From Dehalococcoidales bacterium (GTDB taxonomy: Bacteria > Chloroflexota > Dehalococcoidia > Dehalococcoidales > RBG-16-60-22): a stretch of 64,000 nucleotides of DNA. Where the stretch lies: the NCBI GenBank assembly GCA_034409565.1, contig DAOUMS010000015.1, forward strand, positions 23,227 through 87,226. Direction: 5' to 3'. The notes beneath the pieces are model-generated. The model saw only the letters and a program-made list of their open reading frames with translations, had not been told where the DNA came from and did not search any database. Shown here in pieces: positions 27,740-37,397 of the stretch (position 1 is its first letter; each line of letters begins with the position of its first letter). A program made the translations under genes and the position numbers.

Positions 27740-28825
27740 ATGAAAAGTACCAATGCTAAAAAATGGGCAAAACTGGCGGTAATCGTGGCTATCTTTGCCA
27801 CCCTGCTACTGCTACCACAACCGATTCAGTACCATATTGCCTCTGGTCAGGGTTATGGTTATGGCGGAGGTGGAGGGGGGCCATCAACCACCGGCGGCGG
27901 AGTCAGTAGCATAACCACTTCGGGCGGTGAATTCACCGAGGATGCCACCTTCGAGTCGGCAGATGGAGACCTCGCCATCTCAATTCCAGAAGGCACTACC
28001 GGTAAGACCAAGACTGGTGCTCCCCTGCCAGAAATAAAGATAACCAAAGACTTGACCCCTCCTCCGCCACCAGAGGACGCGGATTTCGTCGGCTTTCCCT
28101 ATGACCTGGAACCGGATGGGGCCACTTTCGAGCCAGCCATCACCCTCACTTTCACCTATGACCCGAACAAGCTACCGAGCGGGGTGGGGCCGCAAAGCCT
28201 TACCATAGGTTACTACGACATAGATACCAAAAAGTGGGTGCCTCTTGAGGCCAAGGATTTGACCATTGATCCAGAGACCAATACTATCACGGCCAAGATA
28301 AGCCACTTCACCAATTTCAGCGTCCTGGCAAGCACGGCACCGGCGGAAATCACCGTCAGCGGTCTGGTAGTTCCGGCGACCGATATTGGCATAGCCGAAA
28401 AAGCAACTGTCAGCGCGATGGTCAGCAATAGCGGCGATGTCGCTGGCACCACCACGGTAACGTTCAAGATAAACGGTGTGGCTGTGGCCAGCAAGGATGT
28501 CAAGCTGGCCGGTCATGAGTCCAAGTCTGTGTCCTTTGCCACCGTTCAAGGTAAGGCGGGCAGCTACAAGGTGGATGTCAATGGGCTGACCGGAACGTTC
28601 ACCGTGAAATCGGCACCGGTTAAGCCGGTAGTGGTAACAGCAACGGTGCCATCAATAACAGCGCCATCGGTGACACCTGCAGCACCCGCGGCACCGGCGG
28701 TGCCAGCCGCGCCCACACCAACCCCCGAACCAACGCCCTGGCTGGCAATTATTATCTCTCTAGTCGCAACCATCATTGTTGCCGTTATAATCGTCTGGTA
28801 CTATGGCTTCCGCACTCAATTCTAA
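27740..28825 (+). CDS. Membrane-anchored surface protein (Gly-rich linker, ZU5/GPS-like beta domain, CARDB-like Ig domain, Pro/Ala linker, C-terminal TM)
   Basis: Signal-like N-terminus, GGGGGG, YDLEPDGATF...ITAKISHFTNFSVL, VSNSGDVAG...DVNGL, TM helix WLAIIISLVATIIVAVIIVW. Confidence 0.75.
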   Translation: MKSTNAKKWAKLAVIVAIFATLLLLPQPIQYHIASGQGYGYGGGGGGPSTTGGGVSSITTSGGEFTEDATFESADGDLAISIPEGTTGKTKTGAPLPEIKITKDLTPPPPPEDADFVGFPYDLEPDGATFEPAITLTFTYDPNKLPSGVGPQSLTIGYYDIDTKKWVPLEAKDLTIDPETNTITAKISHFTNFSVLASTAPAEITVSGLVVPATDIGIAEKATVSAMVSNSGDVAGTTTVTFKINGVAVASKDVKLAGHESKSVSFATVQGKAGSYKVDVNGLTGTFTVKSAPVKPVVVTATVPSITAPSVTPAAPAAPAVPAAPTPTPEPTPWLAIIISLVATIIVAVIIVWYYGFRTQF

Positions 28826-28852
28826 TATGAAGTCGGTAGTCGGTTGAAATTG

Positions 28853-28887
28853 ACTATTCCCGGGATAAACACCCGGGAATAGTTTTT
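28853..28887 (+). terminator. Intrinsic terminator
   Basis: Perfect 12-bp stem ACTATTCCCGGG/CCCGGGAATAGT, followed by TTTT. Confidence 0.8.
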
Positions 28888-29019
28888 ATATACAGGCTTA
28901 TAGCATATAATGAAATGTAGAAAGCGAAACCAAATATTACCCGGAGAGTGATACCGCTATGTACTTAGAAGTTAAAAAGTTCGGCCAGCGTTCCGTGGTA
29001 AGACAGGGAGGTCCAAGCA

Positions 29020-29409
29020 ATGTACAAAAGGTTACTGGTCTGGAATATTATATTAACCGTGGTGCTGATAGGTGGACTGCTGGCCGGCTATTTTTACATC
29101 AAGGACTATAACACCACTACCGAGGAAGAAATACTGATGCTGCGCCAGCATGTCAATGAACTAACGGCGGTAATGACCCAGCAGTCAGCGGTGCTTAATG
29201 AGCACGCACAGATAATCAACGGACGCATGGAAAGCATGAATGAAGAGGTCATGGCAGCTATCGAGGAAAACGACCAGCTGATTCAGGAAATGAACGGGCT
29301 GGTGAAAGAATACCAGCAGGTAATTAATACCAGCGCAAACTATTTTGAGGAAATTCTGGATAACCTGGAAAGCCTTTCGATTACGGAACCCGAAGAGCCA
29401 AGTTCTTAA
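29020..29409 (+). CDS. Hypothetical membrane-anchored coiled-coil protein
   Basis: RBS GGGAGG, N-terminal TM helix, and heptad-like acidic helical remainder. Confidence 0.6.
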   Translation: MYKRLLVWNIILTVVLIGGLLAGYFYIKDYNTTTEEEILMLRQHVNELTAVMTQQSAVLNEHAQIINGRMESMNEEVMAAIEENDQLIQEMNGLVKEYQQVINTSANYFEEILDNLESLSITEPEEPSS

Positions 29410-29502
29410 GCAGGTTTTTTCGACCAGGCATGCCACCAAGCGCCGCCATATAGCAATATAGAAACTTGCGCTCACTCATTTAATTAATTCCCAATCATCC
29501 CC

Positions 29503-30543
29503 TCAGACAATCAGCATGGCGTCGCCAAAGCTGTAAAACCTATAGCCAGAACTGATGGCTTCCTGATAAGCCCGATTTACCAGTTCTTTGCCGGCAAAGG
29601 CGGTCACCAGCATGAGCAATGTTGAGCGGGGCAGATGAAAATTGGTGAGCAGCGCATCGACCATACGGAAGCGGTGACCGGGCAGGATGTACAGGCCCAC
29701 CCAGTCGGCAAACGGTGGCAACTTTTCCGGCGGATAACGCTGTGCCACCTGCTCCAGAAGCCGTACCGTGGTGGTACCCACGCCGATTACCCTTCTGCCC
29801 TGCTGCTTTGCCCCGGACAGTTCCCCGGCCACCTCCCCATCGACCACGCCGTACTCGCGGTGGATATGGTGCTCTCCGGGGTCCTCTTCCCTCACCGGGC
29901 TGAAGGTATCCAGACCGATATGCAGACAGACAAAGAGAAGACGTACCCCCTTCTTTTCCAGTTTATCGAGCAGCTGCGGCGTGAAGTGCAGGCCGGCGGT
30001 GGGTGCCGCCACGCTGCCGGCCACCCGAGCATATACCGTCTGATAGCGGTCGGACCGGGAAAGGGGGGTATTGATATACGGGGGCAGCGGTACTTTACCC
30101 AGTTCGGAAAGCAGCGTTTCATCGGAGAACCTGATTACCTTGATGCCACCCTCGCCCTGACCGGTTACCTCGGCCATAATACGCGGCAAAGAGTCCCCCT
30201 CCGCTTCATCCGTTATCGCTACCTGGCTGCCGATGCGAAGTCGCTTACCCCTCCTGACCAGGGCCTCCCAGACGCCTTCCTCTCGCCGGCGCAGCAGCAG
30301 TATCTCCACCCGGCCACCGCTGTCCATTTTCCGACCATAAAGACGTGCCGGGATGACCAGGCTCTCATTGCAAACGAGCACATCACCCGCCTGGAGATAA
30401 TCAGTGATATCGTAAAAGCGGCGGTGTTCTATCGAGCCGCCAGCGCGGTCGACCATCATCAGGCGGGAGTTATCCCTGGGCTCAACCGGCGTCTGCGCGA
30501 TGAGTTCCTGAGGGAGCACATAGTCAAAATCGCTCGTTTTCAT
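29503..30543 (-). CDS. queA: S-adenosylmethionine:tRNA ribosyltransferase-isomerase
   Basis: MKTSDFDY, PLPPYI, YQTVYA, AAPTAGLHFT, TNFHLPRSTL, YRFYSFGDAM. Confidence 0.96.
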   Translation of the reverse strand: MKTSDFDYVLPQELIAQTPVEPRDNSRLMMVDRAGGSIEHRRFYDITDYLQAGDVLVCNESLVIPARLYGRKMDSGGRVEILLLRRREEGVWEALVRRGKRLRIGSQVAITDEAEGDSLPRIMAEVTGQGEGGIKVIRFSDETLLSELGKVPLPPYINTPLSRSDRYQTVYARVAGSVAAPTAGLHFTPQLLDKLEKKGVRLLFVCLHIGLDTFSPVREEDPGEHHIHREYGVVDGEVAGELSGAKQQGRRVIGVGTTTVRLLEQVAQRYPPEKLPPFADWVGLYILPGHRFRMVDALLTNFHLPRSTLLMLVTAFAGKELVNRAYQEAISSGYRFYSFGDAMLIV

Positions 30544-30641
30544 AGAAAAACCACTAATGAAGATGTTCTGATTACATCGTAGCGCAGTTGCCAGAAAAAG
30601 GCGAGACAGGAAAATACGCTTACAGGCAGCAATTAAATGAC

Positions 30642-31559
30642 TTATACCACTGGTCTCGGCATCAGGCCCGACTTCTGCACGACCTCCGGAACGATATCCT
30701 CCCAGCCCACCGCCATGATGTGTATGCCGTGCACGCCGGGCATATCCTTCAGTTGCTCAATAATTTCCAGGATGATTTTCACGCCCTCTTCTTTGGGAGA
30801 ATCAGTTTTTTCCATCCGGGCCACGACTTCATCGGGAACGGCCACGCCGGGAACGTAGTCCCGCATGTAACGGGCCATACCGGCGGAACGGATGGGAATG
30901 ACGCCGGCCAAAATGTGCACCTTTTTGTCCAAGCCACGCTCCGTCAGCATCTCCATCCACTTGGCGAACCTGGGTACATCATAGACGGCCTGTGTCTGAA
31001 TGAAATCGGCGCCGGCCTTCACCTTCTTGCCCAGCCGGCTCACCCGGTATTCAAACGGGTCGGCAAAGGGATTGGCCGCCGCCCCGATGAACACGGGCAC
31101 TTCCCCGGAGATGTCTTCTCCGGAAATGAATTTATGCTCATCACGCATTATTTTCAGCGCTTGCAGCAGCTGAATGGAGTCGATATCAAAAACGCCCTTG
31201 GCCCCGGGATGGTTGCCGAACTTCTGGTGGTCGCCGGAAAGACAGAGGATATTGCCGATGCCGAGGGCAACCGCACCTAGCACATCGCCCTGCAGTGCCA
31301 GCCGGTTGCGGTCGCGGACGACCATCTGCATCACCGGCTCAATGCCCTGCTGCTTCAGGAGCAGGCAGCCAGCGATGCTGGACATGCGCACGATGGCCGT
31401 CTGGTTATCGGTGACGTTCACCGCATCGCAGCAGTGGCGGAGCAGTTCACCTTTCTTGCGTATGGCCTCGGCGCTGGTACCTTTGGGCGGTCCCGCCTCG
31501 GCAGTCACGGCAAATTTACCGCTGGCCAGTATTCGTTCCAGTTTGGTTCCGGCTTTCAT
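30642..31559 (-). CDS. metF: Methylenetetrahydrofolate reductase, MetF (MetVF type)
   Basis: TAEAGPPKG, VNVTDNQ, RDRNR, LSGDH, KVKAGADFIQTQ. Confidence 0.9.
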   Translation of the reverse strand: MKAGTKLERILASGKFAVTAEAGPPKGTSAEAIRKKGELLRHCCDAVNVTDNQTAIVRMSSIAGCLLLKQQGIEPVMQMVVRDRNRLALQGDVLGAVALGIGNILCLSGDHQKFGNHPGAKGVFDIDSIQLLQALKIMRDEHKFISGEDISGEVPVFIGAAANPFADPFEYRVSRLGKKVKAGADFIQTQAVYDVPRFAKWMEMLTERGLDKKVHILAGVIPIRSAGMARYMRDYVPGVAVPDEVVARMEKTDSPKEEGVKIILEIIEQLKDMPGVHGIHIMAVGWEDIVPEVVQKSGLMPRPVV

Positions 31560-31568
31560 CTTTACCTC

Positions 31569-32246
31569 CTATGAGGTAGTGGTACACTCCGCCTCTACAT
31601 CTATTTTCCGGGGCCCACCGGTAACACTCATACTCCAGTCTTTGACCGGCTCAATTGCCTCCATTTCATCGAGCCGCCCCATCTCCGAGAGGCGGTCGTA
31701 GATGAGCTGCCAGGCGCAGGGAATATCTTCCGATACCTCGCACTTGCCCCCCGACGAGCCGCCACAGGGCCCGTTGAGCAGGCCCTTGGAGCACCGCACC
31801 AGCGGGCAGATGGCGGCCGTCCGGCCGAGCACGCAGCTGCCACACTGCAGGCAGACCTCGCTAAAGTGTCCCGGGCTGTCCTCAATGCCGATAAACAGGG
31901 TGTTCAACGCCGGATACACCGGCTTTTTGTCCTTCATATGCAGGGCTATGGTCTGCACGCCAATGGCACAGGTCATCGCCAGCACGCAATCGGCCTGGCC
32001 GATTCTCCCCGCCTCTTCCTCCAGCGCATACTTGGTCAGCTCATCGCAGGCGGTGGGAATTATCATCCAGCCGGTGACCTTCTTGCCGCTGCCCTCGAGC
32101 TTTGCCTTCATGTCCAGGACTTCGGACTTGCCGCCGGTATGGCACATGGTGGCACAGGTACCACAGCCGATGATATACACCTTCTGGCACTTCTCAAGGT
32201 AACCCATCACCTCTTCAATCGGTTTCTGATTGGTAATCGTCTTCAT
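31569..32246 (-). CDS. metV: MetV, small Fe-S/Zn subunit of MTHFR
   Basis: GCGTCATMC and CLQCGSC...CPLVRCSKGLLNGPCGG...CEV...CAW. Directly upstream of metF. Confidence 0.85.
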   Translation of the reverse strand: MKTITNQKPIEEVMGYLEKCQKVYIIGCGTCATMCHTGGKSEVLDMKAKLEGSGKKVTGWMIIPTACDELTKYALEEEAGRIGQADCVLAMTCAIGVQTIALHMKDKKPVYPALNTLFIGIEDSPGHFSEVCLQCGSCVLGRTAAICPLVRCSKGLLNGPCGGSSGGKCEVSEDIPCAWQLIYDRLSEMGRLDEMEAIEPVKDWSMSVTGGPRKIDVEAECTTTS

Positions 32247-32258
32247 CTCCTCACCTCC

Positions 32259-33455
32259 TTACCTGGCGACTCGCCTCTCATACTCATCACGGAAATACTG
32301 CAGGCTGTCCAGCACCGCATTGGGCGCCGCCTGCCCCAGACCGCACAACGACGAGAGCATCATGGCGCTGGACAGGTCTTCCAGATTCTGCATCTCTTTC
32401 CGTGAGCCTTCACCCTGGTGAAACTTTCCCAGTACCTCTACCATCACCTCGGTTCCCTGGCGGCAGGGAGTGCACTTGCCGCAGGACTCCTCGGCTAAGA
32501 ACTCCATAGTGCGGTGAATAATATCGATTACATCGCGACTCTGGTCGTAGACGGTAACGGCACCCGCCCCCAGCACCGACTCAAAAGCGAGGGGGGTGTC
32601 CAGTTTCTCGGCAGGCAGTATGCGGCCGGTGGCGCCACCAATCTGCACCAGTTTTATATTTTCTGCCATCGCCAGCTCTTCGACCAGCTCCCGTAACGGG
32701 CTGCCTAGCACCATTTCATACACGCCGGGTTGCGCAACGTCGCCACTGACGGAAAAGACCTTGGTGCCTTTACTCCTCTCCGTGCCCATCCGGCTGAACC
32801 AGTCGGCCCCGTTTAAAATAATCGGCGGGATATTCATCAGCGTTTCCACGTTATTGATAATGGTCGGCTTGCCCCAGAGTCCGGAGGTGGTGGGGAAGGG
32901 AGGCCGGTAGCGCGCCTCTCCCCTTTTCCCCTCGATGGAGTCCATCAGCGCCGACTCCTCGCCGCAGATGTAGGCACCGGCGCCTTCACGTATCTCCAGG
33001 TTAAAGCCATTTAAATACCCTTTTTGCTTCACCTGCTCGACGGCGTTCTGCAAATGGTCAAGGAGATAGTGATATTCGGCACGAAGATAGATATAGCCCT
33101 GCCCGGCCCCAATGGCTTGGCCGGCAATGAGTATCCCTTCGATGAGGGTGAAGGGGTCTTTCTCCAGAATGTAGCGGTCTTTGAACGTGCCCACCTCGCC
33201 CTCATCGGCGTTGCAGATAACGTACTTATCTTCGCCGGATGCGGTGCGGGCGCCTTCCCACTTGATGCCGCAGGGAAAGCCAGCCCCACCCCGACCCCTC
33301 AGCCCGGAAGCTTTTATTTCACCGGTAATCTGCTCCGGGGTCATCTCCTGACGCGCTTTGGCCAGAGCTTTAAAACCATCTTTTTCCAGATAGCTGTCAA
33401 TTCGCTCCGGGTCGATTACCTCACAGTTTTTCAGTACCACCCGCTGCTGCGGCAC
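32259..33455 (-). CDS. NuoF/HoxF-like FMN- and NADH-binding subunit
   Basis: SGLRGRGGAGF, NADEGEVGTFKDR, GAGAYICGEE, ESCGKCTPC...CGLG [4Fe-4S]. Confidence 0.9.
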   Translation of the reverse strand: MPQQRVVLKNCEVIDPERIDSYLEKDGFKALAKARQEMTPEQITGEIKASGLRGRGGAGFPCGIKWEGARTASGEDKYVICNADEGEVGTFKDRYILEKDPFTLIEGILIAGQAIGAGQGYIYLRAEYHYLLDHLQNAVEQVKQKGYLNGFNLEIREGAGAYICGEESALMDSIEGKRGEARYRPPFPTTSGLWGKPTIINNVETLMNIPPIILNGADWFSRMGTERSKGTKVFSVSGDVAQPGVYEMVLGSPLRELVEELAMAENIKLVQIGGATGRILPAEKLDTPLAFESVLGAGAVTVYDQSRDVIDIIHRTMEFLAEESCGKCTPCRQGTEVMVEVLGKFHQGEGSRKEMQNLEDLSSAMMLSSLCGLGQAAPNAVLDSLQYFRDEYERRVAR

Positions 33456-33471
33456 GAGCTCGCCTCCAAAA

Positions 33472-33912
33472 TTATTTATATGATTTTAGAATCTGCTTTA
33501 TCTTCCCTGGAGTCAGGTCAACGTGTGCGTCCTGGTTTATCAGCATGGCCGGGGCATGGTCGCAGAGGCCGATGCAATTGACCAGCTCGAAGGTAAACCT
33601 GCCATCGGGCGTCGTCTCCCCGGGGCCAATCCCAAGCTCTTTTCCTACCGCCTCCATTATCATTTCCGCATTCTTAAGGTAGCAGGGCAGGCTTTTGCAG
33701 ACCCGGATAACGTTCCTGCCCAGCGGTCTTACAGCCAGAAATGAATAGAAGCTGGCGACGCCGTAGACCTCATGAACCGGGACATTAAGGGATGCCGCCA
33801 GCGCGGCCATAACCTCTTCGGGCACGTGGCCGTACCGCTGCTGCACCTCTTTCAGGCGCACCACCAGGTCAGACCGCTCTGCTGGCATTGCTATAATCCC
33901 TTTATCAGCCAT
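33472..33912 (-). CDS. NuoE-like [2Fe-2S] subunit
   Basis: GVASFYS, VCKSLPC, VNCIGLCDHAP. Confidence 0.88.
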   Translation of the reverse strand: MADKGIIAMPAERSDLVVRLKEVQQRYGHVPEEVMAALAASLNVPVHEVYGVASFYSFLAVRPLGRNVIRVCKSLPCYLKNAEMIMEAVGKELGIGPGETTPDGRFTFELVNCIGLCDHAPAMLINQDAHVDLTPGKIKQILKSYK

Positions 33913-33930
33913 ATTACCATCTCCGTTGGC

Positions 33931-34611
33931 TCAGCCCTTGATAATAAGCGCTTTAGCCGCCTTCTCTTCCCCGGGTTTTCTTGCTTTCCTCAGCGCTCCC
34001 GATGGGCAGAGCTCGATACAGGCATCACAGCTTTCGCAGGCCTCGCTGCCCAGAGGCTGGTCGCAGCCGTAAACCACCTTGCTGTCAAAACCACGATATG
34101 CCTTGCTGAAAAGCGGCCCGCTGCCTTTATCCTTGCAGGCGATAACGCACCGCCAGCACTGCACGCACTTGGACATATCGCGGACCATTTTTGCGTTTTC
34201 GTCCTCGACCGGATAATAGTGCTTCCGTACCCGGAAACGGGGCAGGCCTACTTCCAAATCGGCGGCAATGCGGCGCAGCTCGCAGATATTGGCCTTGTCA
34301 CAGACCAGACAGACATCAGGGTGGCTGGCCAGCATCAGCTCGACCAGCACCCGGCGCGTGGCAATAACTTTGGGCGAGTGGGTCTGTATGACCATGCCCT
34401 CGGCAACCGGCGTATGGCAGGAGCCGACCAGTGTCCGTAAGCCCTCCACCTCGACGACGCAGAGTCGGCAGGCACCGATGGGCGGCAGGTCCGGAATATG
34501 GCAGAGGGTGGGGATATCAATGCCGTTTTCCCTGGCCACCTCCAGGATGGTCATACCGGGACGGCTACTTACCTTTTTACCGTTTATGGTCAGGTTTATC
34601 TTTTTCTCCAC
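33931..34611 (-). CDS. NuoG-N/HoxU-like poly-Fe-S subunit with no catalytic domain
   Basis: IPTLC...GACRLC...SC [2Fe-2S]; HPDVCLVC...C His-ligated [4Fe-4S]; CVQCWRCVIAC and CESCDACIELCP ferredoxin motifs. Confidence 0.85.
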   Translation of the reverse strand: MEKKINLTINGKKVSSRPGMTILEVARENGIDIPTLCHIPDLPPIGACRLCVVEVEGLRTLVGSCHTPVAEGMVIQTHSPKVIATRRVLVELMLASHPDVCLVCDKANICELRRIAADLEVGLPRFRVRKHYYPVEDENAKMVRDMSKCVQCWRCVIACKDKGSGPLFSKAYRGFDSKVVYGCDQPLGSEACESCDACIELCPSGALRKARKPGEEKAAKALIIKG

Positions 34612-34809
34612 TGTAGCCAGACGCCGTACTTAAACGTTTTCGATTACAGTATTAAACAGCAAGGGGTGCACACACCCCAGCACCCCCGTAGTAATAACTA
34701 CTATGCTACCACAGAGCTTTTTCGACCACAAGTCCCCGCGGAAATACGCCATTATTCTTGGCTGTTTGCCGTTCAATTTCCGGCTGTGATAAACTCTTAA
34801 TGACTTCCA

Positions 34810-35595
34810 ATGAAGATTCTGGTAACCAATGACGATGGCATTTCCGCTGACGGCCTGTGGCTCCTGGTACGGGAGCTAACCAGCATCGCCGAGGTGGTGG
34901 TGGTGGCTCCGGACAGGGAACAGAGCGCCGCTGGCACCGCGGTGACACTGTGGCAGCCGCTGCGGATAAGAAAGGTCCGTCCGGTAGTCCCCGGCGTGGA
35001 AACGTTTGCGGTGGAGGGAACGCCCTCAGACAGCGTCCTGCTGGCCCTGGGCAGCCTGGTGAAAAGCAAAATTGACCTCGTCATTTCCGGGATAAACTGG
35101 GGACTGAACCTGGGGGATGATATTTACATCTCGGGAACGGTAAGTGCCGCCCTTCAGGGTTATCTGCACAGCCATCCCGCACTGGCCGTCTCCACGGAAC
35201 AGGACAGCGAGCCAGGCTTTCAGACAGCGGCCAGGCTGGCCGCCATGCTGGCAAAACGAATCAGCGCCAGCCCGCCGCCGCATAATTTATTTCTCAACAT
35301 CAACGTGCCCAACTTGCCGCCAGCCAGAATCGACCGCATTCAGGTCACCAGGCTGGCCAACGAGAGCCATATCAACACCGTCACCGAGGGAAACGACGGC
35401 AAGCGGAATTACTACTGGCTGGTGCGGCAGAGGCAGGGCGGTAGCCAAAGCCGTAAAACAGATGTCTGGGCGGTGGACCACGGCAATATATCAATAACCC
35501 CCCTTTTCACCAGCCTGCCGGCCAAGACGCTTTCTGGCCTGCTGCACAACCTCTGTTCCGGCCTGCTTGAGGAATTGACAGCGTCAACGGTATAG
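34810..35595 (+). CDS. surE: 5'/3'-nucleotidase SurE
   Basis: ILVTNDDG, VAPDREQSA, GTPSD, SGINWGLNLG, SGTV. Confidence 0.93.
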   Translation: MKILVTNDDGISADGLWLLVRELTSIAEVVVVAPDREQSAAGTAVTLWQPLRIRKVRPVVPGVETFAVEGTPSDSVLLALGSLVKSKIDLVISGINWGLNLGDDIYISGTVSAALQGYLHSHPALAVSTEQDSEPGFQTAARLAAMLAKRISASPPPHNLFLNINVPNLPPARIDRIQVTRLANESHINTVTEGNDGKRNYYWLVRQRQGGSQSRKTDVWAVDHGNISITPLFTSLPAKTLSGLLHNLCSGLLEELTASTV

Positions 35596-35602
35596 GACTA
35601 TC

Positions 35603-35998
35603 ATGGCGCATTACATTGGTGTCGACATCATCGAAATAGCCCGTATTAAAGAGGCGGTAAATAACTGGGGAGAGAAGTTCCTCAGACGGGTCTACACCGA
35701 CGCCGAGCTGGCCGCATACCGCCACCAGCCATCGTCGCTGGCGGCGCGTTTTGCCGGCAAGGAAGCGGTCATGAAGCTCCTGGGGACGGGCAGCATGGGC
35801 GTTAAATGGCGAGAGGTAGAGACGCTGTCCCATCCCGGTGGCCGGCCGCTGATAAACCTGTACGGGAAAGCACAGAGCAAAGCCGATGAGCTGGGCATCA
35901 AGGAGATTGCCGTCAGCCTCTCCCACTCCAGGGAATACGCTATCGCCTGCGTAAGCGCGGTCTCGGCAGCAAACCAGTCGAAAAAGTCGGGCAGTTAA
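35603..35998 (+). CDS. acpS: Holo-[acyl-carrier-protein] synthase
   Basis: IGVDIIE, AARFAGKEA, VSLSHS. Confidence 0.93.
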   Translation: MAHYIGVDIIEIARIKEAVNNWGEKFLRRVYTDAELAAYRHQPSSLAARFAGKEAVMKLLGTGSMGVKWREVETLSHPGGRPLINLYGKAQSKADELGIKEIAVSLSHSREYAIACVSAVSAANQSKKSGS

Positions 35999-36016
35999 TC
36001 AGGAAAAATCAAACTC

Positions 36017-37291
36017 GTGAGCGATTCAGAAAAAACGCCGACCGTCAGGAAAGCCAAAATATTTTACGGCAACTGGATGATTGCCACCGCCGTGCTTTGT
36101 CTGGCCATTTTCTCCGGATGCGGCGTGGGCGCCTTCAGTTTGTTCGTCAATTCCTTGCAGTCTGAATTCGGCTGGGGCCGCGGCGAGATAATGCTGGCCT
36201 TTACCATTTATTTCCTGTTTACCGGCGTGGCGGCGCCACTGGTCGGCAGCATCGTTGACCGCTACGGGGTACGGGGGGTTATTGCCGTTGGCGCCCTGAC
36301 TACCGGTCTTGGCTTCGCTTCACTGTACTTTTTGCACAGTCTCTGGCACTACTACGTAGCCTACTTTTTTATCGGCGCGGGCATGTCGGCACATGGTCAG
36401 GTACCGGCGAGTGCCATGGTGGCCAACTGGTTCGTTAAAAAGCGCGGCACGGCTATCGGTATTATGTCTACCGGCATCGGCCTGGGCATCTTCGCCATCG
36501 CGCCACTGGTCGGCAGTTTCCTCATTCCAACTTTTGGCTGGCGAGTAGCTTACCTCGCACTAGGATTAATCGCCTGGATTTTAATTCCACTGGCAATTTT
36601 CGCGGTCAGAACCAGACCCGCCGATAAGGGGCTCTATCCAGATGGTGTCACCAGCCCGGAAGAAGTGGCCGAAATAAATGCCGCCAGCCTGACGACGAAA
36701 GGCTTGAGCCCGAAAGCAGCGCTGGGCACCATGGCTTTCTGGCTAGTATCAGTCGCCTTTTTCATCAATGGATTCAGCTCACTGGGAGTGAACCAGAGCC
36801 TTGTCCCCTACCTGCAGGACGCTGGCTTTCCGGCAGCACTGGCGGCCGGCGCTATGACCTTTCTGGGCCTGGGCAGCGCCATCGGTAAATTTTCCTTTGG
36901 CTGGCTCTGCGACAAAATCAAAGCGAAACAGGCCTGTGCCCTCAGCTTTGTCCTGCTGGCAACCAGTACGTTCCTGCTGATGTTGATAGGCTCAACTTCG
37001 CCTCTGGCAGTTGCCTGGCTTGACGCATTCATCCTTGGGCTTGGCGCGGGAGGCTGGTTGCCCACCATGTCCATGCTAGTCAGCCGTAACTTCGGCCTGG
37101 CTTCCTATGGGGCCATCTTCGGCATGGTATCACTGTTGCAGGCGGTTGGCGGTGCCGCCGGCCCTCTCTTCAGTGGCCTTATGTTCGACACCATGAATAC
37201 ATATCAGGGGGCATTCATCGTATTCTTATCTCTGTATGCCATAGCCATCCCCGCCGTCTTGGCAGTGCGGCGGCCAAAATCATTTGTCTGA
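36017..37291 (+). CDS. MFS transporter (OFA/MCT-like)
   Basis: About 12 TM helices; GSIVDRYG, NWFVKKRGTAIG, GWLCDKI. Confidence 0.88.
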   Translation: MSDSEKTPTVRKAKIFYGNWMIATAVLCLAIFSGCGVGAFSLFVNSLQSEFGWGRGEIMLAFTIYFLFTGVAAPLVGSIVDRYGVRGVIAVGALTTGLGFASLYFLHSLWHYYVAYFFIGAGMSAHGQVPASAMVANWFVKKRGTAIGIMSTGIGLGIFAIAPLVGSFLIPTFGWRVAYLALGLIAWILIPLAIFAVRTRPADKGLYPDGVTSPEEVAEINAASLTTKGLSPKAALGTMAFWLVSVAFFINGFSSLGVNQSLVPYLQDAGFPAALAAGAMTFLGLGSAIGKFSFGWLCDKIKAKQACALSFVLLATSTFLLMLIGSTSPLAVAWLDAFILGLGAGGWLPTMSMLVSRNFGLASYGAIFGMVSLLQAVGGAAGPLFSGLMFDTMNTYQGAFIVFLSLYAIAIPAVLAVRRPKSFV

Positions 37292-37397
37292 ATGCCCCGT
37301 GTGTGGCTTTGGCAATAGACATTTTAATAATGGGGCAGACCCGGGCAAGAGCTTCATAAAGCCCCTTTTCCAAATAAGGAAACACGAGCGCTGATAA

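Noticed and set aside
33912-33933. In-frame TGA between the poly-Fe-S gene and nuoE-like gene (possible selenocysteine or readthrough fusion)
   Set aside because: The TGA is not at a Cys-equivalent position, I saw no SECIS-like hairpin, and the downstream gene has its own GGAG RBS.
34612-34800. Short hairpins upstream of the metVF operon (possible SAM/THF/ZTP riboswitch)
   Set aside because: No match to the consensus cores I recall, and no terminator/antiterminator pair. An Rfam scan would settle it.
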